64,000 nt of DNA from the NCBI GenBank assembly GCA_964603065.1, contig CAZRTL010000006.1, positions 84-64,083 of the forward strand. Reading direction: 5' to 3'. The stretch is from Candidatus Woesearchaeota archaeon (GTDB taxonomy: Archaea; Nanobdellota; Nanobdellia; SCGC-AAA011-G17; PNOQ01). The notes below the pieces were generated by a model. The model was not told the DNA's origin and made no database searches. It saw only the letters and a list, made by a program, of their open reading frames with translations. A program made the position numbers and the translations under genes. Positions within the stretch are counted from its first letter, which is position 1, and each line of letters opens with the position of its first letter. This document shows, piece after piece, positions 48,601-56,824 of the stretch.

Positions 48601-51600
48601 TGTCCCTGTTCCGAGAGCTCCTTACTTATTATGGCCTCCTGCTGAAAATAGAAATGCTCAATATGTTGCTTTAGCTAATCAAGTAGATTCTGAATATAAG
48701 AAATTCGCTACAAGAAGTTTGATTCCTGGAAAGACTGTTTCATTCGGAGGAGATTTAGTTTATAGTGTTAGTGAGTCTGCATCTAGATCATTACAACAGC
48801 CGACCACACAGTGCGAATATTATATGAGTGCAAGTGATTGTAAATTATTGTATAACTTTTGTGATCCTGTAATGTGCCCAGCTTCTAGATTTGATTTGGG
48901 TAACAGGTGGAATGTTGATAATGTTGTTCAGACTGGAATAATTGGAAGTTTAGTTTTGGGAATGCCAAATAGTATTGCTCTTGGTGGAAATAATATTGTA
49001 CCGCCAATTTGTTTGACAGGAGTTCATGCAGGTTTAGATAATTTAAGAAGTAAGTTCCAAGGTTTTGAAGATTGTTTACAAAAGGCTAAGGTTGAAGGAG
49101 AGGATGTTGGAATTTGTAATACTATTAGAAGTGTATATATGTGTGAGATTATGTGGAGAGAAGGATTGTCTATTTTTGGAAGTTTAGGCAAATTAGCTGA
49201 TGTTGTTTCTGAAAAAGTATTTGGAATATTTGGTGGAGATGGTTGGGAATATTCAAGATGGCAAGAGTCTTGGGGCGAATTAAGAGATAATGTTAATTTC
49301 TTTACTACAGAATATTCAAGAAGTGCGTTTGTCTCATATCAATCTAGAAGTTTAGGAGAGTTTGGAAGTGAGATTTGTAAAGCTGCTATTTATGGAAAGA
49401 CTCCAGGTGCAGGAGATTTCATTGGAGAATTGTTAGAGCCGGATAGTCCGTATCAATTTACTGGATGGTTCGATGAGTTAGAGTATTCTTCTGTTGAGGA
49501 AGGTAGATCTATCTATAGAGTTTATTATCATATTTATGCTGGAAGAGATGAAGATATTGAGTATGTTGCTTATTTGAAAGGTCCTGGTTTGAATAATTTA
49601 TATGTAACTAATCCTGAAAGGGGATTAAGAAGAGAGTATTTGAGAACTGGAGAGTATGCAGATAGAAGTTATACTATCACTGGAGATACTGGATATAATA
49701 CTATGTGTATTTTTATTAATGGAAACGAGCAGTGTGGATTTGGAAAGGTAAGTAGTTCTTATGCGTCCCAACAATTGCAAGATTGGATGCTAGAAGATGA
49801 ATTGTTAAGAAATGATATAGAAACTGCTGAAGAGTGTATGCCGGATACGCCTCATTTGAATCCTTATTTGCCAGGTGTTGTAACTCCTTCATTACCAGGG
49901 GCAGGAGCAATTAGTGAGCAAGGAGTTATTAGAATTTGTTCTGCGGATGATCCTGATGGGACTGGAACTAGATGGTTACAGGTTGGAACGTGTGGAGAGA
50001 ATGAGTTAGGAATTAGTTTAGGTAATTGTTATATTGATTATGAGAATAGTGCAAATTTCAATGACTTAAAGAAAAAGGATGAAGTTGCTGATGAGTATAT
50101 TAATGAAACAGTAAAGAAAGAAATTGATGAGCATATTGAAGAGTTTAATTTAGAATTAGATAAAGTGGATGTTAAAGTAAACAAAATAATAGAACAAGTG
50201 AAAGATAAAGGAGTTAAGGTAAAAGAAATTGATGAGTTGATGACTTATCCTGCTTTATATTTAGATGCTAAGGATCAGTTAGATGATTCTAGTGTTCATA
50301 TTAGAACTCATAAGAAAGTTGCTGAAATATTCAATGCTTTAGGAAATACTCAGCTAAAGATCGCTGGAGTTGGACCTCTTCCTATTACTGCAACACCTCT
50401 TATTAGAAGTCTGGCAGAGCTTAATCTCCAGTTTAATATTAAAGCGATTGGAATGTTTTCAACGCGTAACGATATAAATTTGAACTGGATGATGTCTACA
50501 TTACCAAGTGGAGTTACTCTTAGCCCAAGTAATAATGAAGAAGAAGGGTTTGTTGGAAGATGGAGTAATAATGTCGGAACTTATAATAATAGAATTGCTA
50601 CGGATGAAAATACGTTTAAAGATTTTGATAAAGGATTGGAAGATATCTATCATGATTTTTTGAACTCTTATGCTGTTGGTACCTCGGATGATGGAGGATA
50701 TTTACATGAGTTAAATGTAAGAAAGAGACATTTTGACAATACTATCGATAGGCATAGTTTGACTCCTATGCAATTGAGTCAAGTTAGGAACTATGAAGAA
50801 TTTAGAGATTTGATTTTGACTGGAGAATTTGAAGGAAGTTATGATTATGACTATACTGTAGGTTTATTAGATAAGGATAAAGAGATTGAAATTATTTTTG
50901 CAATTCCTACATTTGATTGGGACCAGAAGTATAAATGGGATGGCAGTGAGTGGGATGATATGAAAATTGGAGTTTTTGGAGATAGTAATGTCGGATTAGA
51001 TTTTCTTCCAGGATTGGTGGAAATAAAAGATCAATTGAATAAATATCATGGTAGAACTGAAAGAGTAGTTATTTCTGTTTCTGATGGAATCAGCATGATT
51101 GCTTTAACTAAAGAAGAATTCAATGCGTTGGTTTTTACAATTGAAGGTGATCCGGATGCTGTAGGAGATAGTGGGGTTGTTAATTCTGCTTTACAAGATC
51201 AAGTTAGTCCAATGGTTGTTAATCAGGTCGAGAATGCTGAAGTTATGATAGATCTTTTTTTAGAAAGGGCAGGGAATGATGCCGATAATTTGGAAGAATT
51301 GGAAAGGTTGACTGTTTTGGCCGAACAATCAGAATTTGTAGCTAGAGAAAATGCATATGCTGGTTTAATTAGTGATGATGATTCTGATGAGATAGTTGAT
51401 AGTTTAAGAGATATAAGTAATAAAATGGATGAAGCGATTTTAATCGTTGAAGATGTAGCTTTAAAAAATAGAATGGAACAAGTTCAAGAAAACATTATGA
51501 TTTTAGAAAACAATCCTGTTCTTTTTGTTCCTCAAGAAGGAGATTTGCCAGGTACGGAGAGTTGTCTTTTGCCTAGTACTCCTGAAAGAAATCCTTATAC

Positions 51601-52672
51601 AAATACGCAATCAAACATTAATTCATTTTTAGAAATTTATGGAAGTACTTTGGATAACATAGAAGAAGAAAGAAGTCAAGATATTCCCGGAGATGATTGT
51701 TTTGGTTATACTGAAGATGCTGCTGTTGATAGTTTAGTTTCTTCTGGTGTGGCCCAGTTAGATAATATAGTTGAATTAAGTGATTCCGAGGAAGATTCTC
51801 TTTTGTATACAGAAGTTGAGTTATTTCTTGGACAGAATGCTGCCATGTTGCGAATGTTGGGATGTGAAGAGGACGCTGGTTTAGTTGGGGCAGTGATAGA
51901 TTCTGCTGTGACCCGAACTGGAGTTGAGGTTGATTCTTGTAGTGTTTCTGAGGAAACGGTGGAGGAGGCAGATTGTTCTAGTTTTAATGATAATTTAGCA
52001 CAATGTGGAAATGAGAATTTTTGTTTTGTAAAAGAAAATGATAGAGATTGGTGGGATTTTTTTGGAGAAGATTATATTTGTGTTGATTGTTCTGAAATTG
52101 AGTCCTGTGAAGATATTCAAAATGAAGGTAAATGTGATGGAATGTGTGGAAATGTTAATGGTTGTAAGTGGGATTATGGTTTGTGTGTAGAACAAACTAT
52201 CGAAGAGGAAGAATGTTTGCTTACAAAAATTAATCCTTCAAATTTTGTTGGAGATGATCTCGTAGTGGATAAAGGTTTTGTTGAAAAAATTAATAGAATT
52301 AATGATTATGCTACTAACAATAATGTTAAGGTATTTATTACTGATTCATTTAGAGCTACAAACGATGTTAGTGGTGCAATCGTGACTCCTTCTGAAAGAT
52401 CCAATCATTTAGTGGGCCATGCAATAGATATGAATTTGATGTATGGGGCAAATTATGGAGATTATTGTAACTCTGGGTGTTTATCCCAAGATACACTTCC
52501 ACAAGATATTCAAGTGTTTATAGAAGATATTAGAAGTGATAGTGGTTTAAGATGGGGGGGAGACTTTAGTACCCCCGATGTTGTTCATATAGATGATGGT
52601 TTAAATTTAAGGAGCCCCGACCAATGGGAAGCACTGCTTAGAAAAATACAAGAGAATCCAGATTGTTATTAA
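45653..52672 (+). CDS. Giant (2339 aa) secreted protein with C-terminal peptidase M15 (LAS/D-Ala-D-Ala carboxypeptidase-like) domain
   Basis: Sec signal peptide. Uninterrupted 7-kb ORF. C-terminal motifs SNHLVGHAIDMN and GLRWGGDF...VVHIDDG. Cys-rich module just upstream of the peptidase. Confidence 0.7.
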   Translation: MKEKVLMAVFCIFLIVFSSVQVSAYSLNEEDDRDLGEVVLINVDKYEPATVSADYLRNKKFPVYVHLTGTTLESFLWGGSNPEELDTLFGGLKIDRIHIVRDSISRYVAGITERPPKEDGYFVDANGEVDLGYLKIDLRRIPKEEDLPDRIDLNFTARVYFDTESSFSVFGKQDLFLELGSGINNLEIAGDEDSNKKSRVKVWDGRAELEFLQLRGDRATFQLYDGSGRKLGGPFTLRTGQIQTLRLNDGPAFLDNQVRFKLKGIYGAGERAVINMYRHGSSNDVELVEDMNLYAGSDWVLEEIGRDKVQLRNLKTRQTMILNVGQGDFDTDICERIDPIQIDSDELFLRGVGFLEGDHFEDDTLLGRSSSFYCSAIDQYERALTYAIGEEASEIKYSIGTLYEKVGDMYNALEMYDTILPETDFYRTKNVQKKIDDLNFLIANEITNSKILEDDVRVYLKEVIDVEEEESYFMFRTITNGIKGQEFTRTIGMESQDLIVESVDGGKTYEWYARDIDADEITVIKVDEDGRTIGSPRKLDIGEHILDNTVVEITDITTPYSVIMTAIPGDGRSYGVSNFQVHIPIEKSMIQWTPEQIDNMIDKSHKAVEDIEKIMDKLGNFIKGMKVACFGIYGVLAIKNAFFRDNNVRKEVVDEKSRWCNDGIRTGELDYKKLDECLEAESSKIEQEITERKGLKNTNDNFFKNNKLMKQDASGINVADPSSASALANKLKTDSGINIKGEDIENLLNYDSYTGFTTAEAQRLSYLASHDPEAFEVEWRDYQESSLKAKTLHTSLGGVTDPVQIQTLATPIFTPGKTTTDFSSGPSGIETQVKAIDPSAQIFEARSIQSDGGEFYVSSKTGTEAVKVEIHRDANLNPVEFGDYYLYKGSGNRYFLHKGDVTQLYRQNYNSNSHKVLQINDDGKLWMFPFSSSLGKRDDPLYDKVDYANYVVVDYDDSGKIKSYNLMNVGADGEINYPGTGDDVPVPRAPYLLWPPAENRNAQYVALANQVDSEYKKFATRSLIPGKTVSFGGDLVYSVSESASRSLQQPTTQCEYYMSASDCKLLYNFCDPVMCPASRFDLGNRWNVDNVVQTGIIGSLVLGMPNSIALGGNNIVPPICLTGVHAGLDNLRSKFQGFEDCLQKAKVEGEDVGICNTIRSVYMCEIMWREGLSIFGSLGKLADVVSEKVFGIFGGDGWEYSRWQESWGELRDNVNFFTTEYSRSAFVSYQSRSLGEFGSEICKAAIYGKTPGAGDFIGELLEPDSPYQFTGWFDELEYSSVEEGRSIYRVYYHIYAGRDEDIEYVAYLKGPGLNNLYVTNPERGLRREYLRTGEYADRSYTITGDTGYNTMCIFINGNEQCGFGKVSSSYASQQLQDWMLEDELLRNDIETAEECMPDTPHLNPYLPGVVTPSLPGAGAISEQGVIRICSADDPDGTGTRWLQVGTCGENELGISLGNCYIDYENSANFNDLKKKDEVADEYINETVKKEIDEHIEEFNLELDKVDVKVNKIIEQVKDKGVKVKEIDELMTYPALYLDAKDQLDDSSVHIRTHKKVAEIFNALGNTQLKIAGVGPLPITATPLIRSLAELNLQFNIKAIGMFSTRNDINLNWMMSTLPSGVTLSPSNNEEEGFVGRWSNNVGTYNNRIATDENTFKDFDKGLEDIYHDFLNSYAVGTSDDGGYLHELNVRKRHFDNTIDRHSLTPMQLSQVRNYEEFRDLILTGEFEGSYDYDYTVGLLDKDKEIEIIFAIPTFDWDQKYKWDGSEWDDMKIGVFGDSNVGLDFLPGLVEIKDQLNKYHGRTERVVISVSDGISMIALTKEEFNALVFTIEGDPDAVGDSGVVNSALQDQVSPMVVNQVENAEVMIDLFLERAGNDADNLEELERLTVLAEQSEFVARENAYAGLISDDDSDEIVDSLRDISNKMDEAILIVEDVALKNRMEQVQENIMILENNPVLFVPQEGDLPGTESCLLPSTPERNPYTNTQSNINSFLEIYGSTLDNIEEERSQDIPGDDCFGYTEDAAVDSLVSSGVAQLDNIVELSDSEEDSLLYTEVELFLGQNAAMLRMLGCEEDAGLVGAVIDSAVTRTGVEVDSCSVSEETVEEADCSSFNDNLAQCGNENFCFVKENDRDWWDFFGEDYICVDCSEIESCEDIQNEGKCDGMCGNVNGCKWDYGLCVEQTIEEEECLLTKINPSNFVGDDLVVDKGFVEKINRINDYATNNNVKVFITDSFRATNDVSGAIVTPSERSNHLVGHAIDMNLMYGANYGDYCNSGCLSQDTLPQDIQVFIEDIRSDSGLRWGGDFSTPDVVHIDDGLNLRSPDQWEALLRKIQENPDCY

Positions 52673-53379
52673 TTCTTAAGAAAATAAAATGCAGGGAACA
52701 GGACTCGAACCTGCGTAGGCACTAAGCCATCAGGTTTCTTATATGGAAATATCCTAAGCCTGACCCGTTTGACCACTCCGGCATCCCTGCATATTTTTTC
52801 TAACTTTTTAATATTTTTTAAAGGTATCGTTTTGAGAAAATTATTTACTGATGATTTTTTTATTCGAATACCATAATATTCTTTTTGATATTTTTTATTT
52901 ATCCAAGAATCTATTGTATTTTCTATTTTTATTGAATTCAAATATTGATTTATTTCAGTAATGATTTGCTTACTTGCACTACAATATCCTATACTATTTC
53001 TCCTAATTCCTCCATCTGTGTCAAACAACCCTCCTAAGAAATATTTTGTTTGTTCTTTGGTTAAATTTTTTGGAATAATTATTTTGTCTGATTTTTTGCC
53101 TAATGGAATTTTAAATTCTTTATTGAAGAAAGTATATAATTTTTTGTTTCTTATTGAAATATAATAGGCTCTCTTTCCTTGTTTAATTGATGTTTTTGTA
53201 TTTACTTTTTCTTTTATTAATTTGAGAATTAATTCTAAATATTTTTTATTATTTGAATGAATAAATATTCCATAATCAGGAGAATTATCTTTATCTTTCC
53301 ATTTAACGCCCCCTTTTAGATGACCATCTCCAGCTATTACGCCTGCCAAATATATTAAATCATTATCAAGTTTGAACAT
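52669..53379 (-). CDS. LAGLIDADG homing endonuclease-like protein. The ORF reads through the whole co-oriented tRNA-Leu(TAG) gene.
   Basis: LAGVIAGDGHL and FLGGLFDTDGGI. The last 40 or so codons are translation of the tRNA sequence. Confidence 0.7.
   Translation of the reverse strand: MFKLDNDLIYLAGVIAGDGHLKGGVKWKDKDNSPDYGIFIHSNNKKYLELILKLIKEKVNTKTSIKQGKRAYYISIRNKKLYTFFNKEFKIPLGKKSDKIIIPKNLTKEQTKYFLGGLFDTDGGIRRNSIGYCSASKQIITEINQYLNSIKIENTIDSWINKKYQKEYYGIRIKKSSVNNFLKTIPLKNIKKLEKICRDAGVVKRVRLRIFPYKKPDGLVPTQVRVLFPAFYFLKN
52689..52789 (-). tRNA. tRNA-Leu(TAG) with 17-nt bulge-helix-bulge intron at 37/38
   Basis: Acceptor GCAGGGA/TCCCTGC, anticodon stem TCAGG/CCTGA, loop CTTAGG|intron ATATTTCCATATAAGAA|A. 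The bulge-helix-bulge geometry is canonical (CTTA/TAAG helix, 3-nt bulges). Confidence 0.75.
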
Positions 53380-53438
53380 ATACTAAATTTTGAAGAAATT
53401 AGGTTTATAAATTATATTTATATACTTGACAACATACT

Positions 53439-53609
53439 TTATTTCTTTTTGTTTTGCCATGAAAAACTTCTTAATTTTGATGTTTCTCCGTATCCACAAC
53501 TAGCACATTTATGTTTTATTTTATGGTAGGAAAGTTTACCACAACGTCTACATCGCATTGTAGTTCTCTTTCCAGACTTCTTACCCATAGAGGGTGTTCC
53601 TTTAACCAT
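53439..53609 (-). CDS. rpl37e: 50S ribosomal protein L37e
   Basis: [35 protein letters not shown]. Not in the supplied ORF track (below size cut-off). Conserved LSm-L37e operon. Confidence 0.8.
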   Translation of the reverse strand: MVKGTPSMGKKSGKRTTMRCRRCGKLSYHKIKHKCASCGYGETSKLRSFSWQNKKK

Positions 53610-53832
53610 TTTCAGGCGATATTAATATAATTGTATCTCCTCTTATGAACACATTTCCAAGTTTTCTTGTTACTTGCCCGTCTACTCTTTCTTCAGCTTC
53701 TTCTAATACTGTGTTTATATGTATGTCAAAAGCTTTTAATTTTCCTAGTAATTGTCTTCCGTTTTTTAGTTCAACTAATACTCTCAAACCTCTTGCTCTG
53801 TTTAATGCATCTAATGGTCTATCTGCTTCCAT
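53602..53832 (-). CDS. Sm-like archaeal protein (SmAP/LSm)
   Basis: Sm1/Sm2 motifs: [25 protein letters not shown]...[10 protein letters not shown]. Confidence 0.8.
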   Translation of the reverse strand: MEADRPLDALNRARGLRVLVELKNGRQLLGKLKAFDIHINTVLEEAEERVDGQVTRKLGNVFIRGDTIILISPENG

Positions 53833-53943
53833 ATTTTTAAACCCCCGTTAGGTATTGTTTATTATTGCCTATGGCTTATTTAAAAAGTTATCGGAAATTC
53901 AAAAACAAAAAGTATTTAAAGGGAATATTTTCACTAAATTGAT

Positions 53944-54321
53944 ATGGCAAGATCACAAGATAGACCAAGGAGAAAAGTTTCTGGATCTAGATATGTAGAT
54001 TTGAGAAAAAAGAAATTTGCACAATTAGGTAGAGATCCTACTCTAACTAAAGTTGGAGAAAAGAAAGTTAAAACTTTAAGAGTTAAAGGTGGTCATGATA
54101 AGAAGATATTATATTCCGATAAGATGTTAAATGTTTTTGATCCTAAAACTAAGAAGTATAAAAAAGTTGAAATAAAAACTGTTGTTGAGAATCCAGCAAA
54201 TAGACATTATGTGAGAAGAAACATTTTGACTAAAGGTACTATTGTGGACACAGAATTGGGAAAAGCAAAGATTATTTCTAGGCCCGGACAAGAGGCTGTT
54301 TTGAATGCTGTTTTAGTTTAA
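53944..54321 (+). CDS. rps8e: 30S ribosomal protein S8e
   Basis: RKVSGSRY..LRKKKF.QLGR.PT.TKVGE...RVKGGH.K...ENPANR...RRNI.TKG.. Confidence 0.8.
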   Translation: MARSQDRPRRKVSGSRYVDLRKKKFAQLGRDPTLTKVGEKKVKTLRVKGGHDKKILYSDKMLNVFDPKTKKYKKVEIKTVVENPANRHYVRRNILTKGTIVDTELGKAKIISRPGQEAVLNAVLV

Positions 54322-54407
54322 AATTTTTATTAACCGAAAGCTTTATAAATGGTTTTGGAGACTTCTATATAAACCTTATTACACCTACCGATGGTGGTGA
54401 AAATAAA

Positions 54408-55337
54408 ATGGCTAATTATGTTAAAAAATGTCCTGAATGTGGCAGTATAAATTTAATTTTTAAAGATGAAAGAGGAGAAATTATTTGTAAAGATTGTGGC
54501 CTTGTTATAGAGGAGAAAATGATCGATTTTGGTCATGAATGGAGAGAATTTGACTCTGATCAGGCCGCTAAAAGAAGAAGAACTGGTGCTCCTTTGACAT
54601 CTACTAAGTTTGACCAAGGTTTAGGTACTTCTATTGGGAGTGGTTCGGATATATTCAAATTAAGTGGAAAATCAAAACAAAGATTTTCTAGATTACAGAA
54701 ATGGCAACATAGAATTAGTACAGCTATCGAGAGAAACTTAAAATTGGCCTTGGCTGAACTAAAGAGAGTTTCTTCATATTTAAAATTACCAAATTCAGTT
54801 GTAGAGGATGCTTCTACTATTTATAGAAATGCAGTTCAGAGAGGATTAGTTAGAGGAAGATCAATGGAGTCGGTCGTGGCCGGGGCATTATATGCTGCTT
54901 GTAGAAGGCACGAAATTCCTAGAACTTTAGATGAGTTGGCTGATGCATCAGGAATTGATAAAAAAGATATTGGTAGAACTTATAGATTTATTACAAGAGA
55001 ATTGGGGATTAGAATACTTCCAAGCAATCCTATCGATTATATTCCAAGATTTTCAAGTGCTTTGAAATTATCGGCAGAAACTCAGAGTAAGGCTGTTGAA
55101 ATATTAGAAATGGCTCAGGCTGCTGAATTGACTTCCGGAAGGGGGCCAACAGGAATTGCAGCTGCTTCGTTATATGTTGCTGCCTTAATGAATAATGAAA
55201 AAAGAACTCAGAGGGAAGTTGCAGATGTTGCAGGAGTTACGGAAGTTACCATTAGAAATAGATACAAGGAATTATTGAAAGAGTTAGGTTTAGAAGAAGA
55301 AGTTAAGAAAAAGATTAAGTTAGAAGAAGTAGAGTAA
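54408..55337 (+). CDS. tfb: Transcription initiation factor TFB (TFIIB)
   Basis: N-terminal Zn ribbon CPECGS...CKDCG, two cyclin-fold repeats. Confidence 0.9.
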   Translation: MANYVKKCPECGSINLIFKDERGEIICKDCGLVIEEKMIDFGHEWREFDSDQAAKRRRTGAPLTSTKFDQGLGTSIGSGSDIFKLSGKSKQRFSRLQKWQHRISTAIERNLKLALAELKRVSSYLKLPNSVVEDASTIYRNAVQRGLVRGRSMESVVAGALYAACRRHEIPRTLDELADASGIDKKDIGRTYRFITRELGIRILPSNPIDYIPRFSSALKLSAETQSKAVEILEMAQAAELTSGRGPTGIAAASLYVAALMNNEKRTQREVADVAGVTEVTIRNRYKELLKELGLEEEVKKKIKLEEVE

Positions 55338-55378
55338 AGTTTTTATAGTAATAAAACAAAATCAATAGAGGTGATATA

Positions 55379-55678
55379 ATGGTCGATTCTAATATGGATA
55401 AGTTGGTTGAGAGTAGCTTAGAGCTGCAAAAAATATCTCTTCGGTTAGTTGAATCTAATAATAATTTAACAAAAAAAATAGATAGTCTTGTTTCTCTGTT
55501 TGAAGAAGCTGCTAGAAATATGTCTACAGGCGGTTCTGAGCAAATTCATGCTTTAAATAGAAAGATAAATGAATTGGTTACCCAGAATAAACAGTTGGCT
55601 AGAGGATTAGTTTTGATGGAAGAGAAAATTAGAAAAAACCCGCCAAGTATTAGTGCAAGACCCATTCCTAAATTATAA
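55379..55678 (+). CDS. hypothetical coiled-coil protein
   Basis: ORF only. Confidence 0.3.
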   Translation: MVDSNMDKLVESSLELQKISLRLVESNNNLTKKIDSLVSLFEEAARNMSTGGSEQIHALNRKINELVTQNKQLARGLVLMEEKIRKNPPSISARPIPKL

Positions 55679-56397
55679 TGAAAACAAAGAAAACTTATTT
55701 TATGCATGAAGATTATGTGGAGGATATTAGGCCTGTTAGTCATGTTAGTATAGATGAAAAGAAAATTAGTTTTTTAAAAAGTTTTATTAATGAAATTGGA
55801 ATTATTTCTTCAAAAGAAAGCCCCTCTGTAAAAGTTCCTATTCAATCTGTTTTAAGAGAAAAAATTAAAAATGGTTTTGATTTTTCTGATGTTGTTCCGA
55901 AACAGGAATCTAGTTTTTATGAGTCAAAAGCTCTTCCGGAATTACCTAATAAAACTTTGCCTACTTTGGAGAATAAAAGGCCTAGAAGAACTGTTGATTT
56001 AGTTCCACAAAAAGAAATTGAGGAGAAGATTGAGAAAAAACCTTCTGGTAGAGTGTATTCTAAAGAAGGAGTTTTATATTATAAACCCGGAAAAACTTCT
56101 TTTAAAAAGTATGGGATTATAGATCCTCTGATTGCTGATAAGGAGGTTACTAGAATTAGATGTGTTGATTTAATTATTAGAGTTGATTATAGGGAACATA
56201 AAAATTTGCATACTGGTTTGAGTTTTAAAAAAGCAAATGATATTAATAAACTGTTGAAGAAAATTGCTAAAGAAGCTGGATATGATGTTAGTGAAGAAGA
56301 ATCCCTTTTAGATTTTGATATGCCTGAGGGGTTTAGTTTACATGGAAATTATGGTACTGATTTTATTGATCCAAATTTTGTTCTAGAGAGGATTTAG
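55678..56397 (+). CDS. hypothetical protein
   Basis: ORF only. Confidence 0.3.
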   Translation: MKTKKTYFMHEDYVEDIRPVSHVSIDEKKISFLKSFINEIGIISSKESPSVKVPIQSVLREKIKNGFDFSDVVPKQESSFYESKALPELPNKTLPTLENKRPRRTVDLVPQKEIEEKIEKKPSGRVYSKEGVLYYKPGKTSFKKYGIIDPLIADKEVTRIRCVDLIIRVDYREHKNLHTGLSFKKANDINKLLKKIAKEAGYDVSEEESLLDFDMPEGFSLHGNYGTDFIDPNFVLERI

Positions 56398-56446
56398 TGA
56401 TTTTTAGGAAAAGATTTTTAAAGAGTAATACTATATTTCAATTAAA

Positions 56447-56824
56447 ATGGTAGAGCAGCTATTAAATTTAATTGAAAGAGGAGAGCATTTAAATATTTTA
56501 AGGAGCCAAGGTAGAAAGGCAATACTTAGAGAAGAAATTGCTAAGAGGGTGGCTAGATTGAAAAACCAAAGTAGTATTTTGGAAGGCCGTTTGGAGTTAG
56601 TTTCTGCAGATATGAATCCTATTAATAGTTTCAGAGAGAGAATGTATACTGTAACATTTAAATCTGAAGGGAATAAAGAACATATATTCAATATTCCTTT
56701 GGTAGATTGGGAAGATTCCTATAGGAGTAAATTACTTAACGGTGCTGCCGATGTGAAAATTGTTTACAGGGGACAAGAAGGAAAACATTATTGGCCTCTG
56801 ATAGAAAGAATTGATTTTCTTTAA
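56447..56824 (+). CDS. hypothetical protein
   Basis: ORF only. Confidence 0.3.
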   Translation: MVEQLLNLIERGEHLNILRSQGRKAILREEIAKRVARLKNQSSILEGRLELVSADMNPINSFRERMYTVTFKSEGNKEHIFNIPLVDWEDSYRSKLLNGAADVKIVYRGQEGKHYWPLIERIDFL

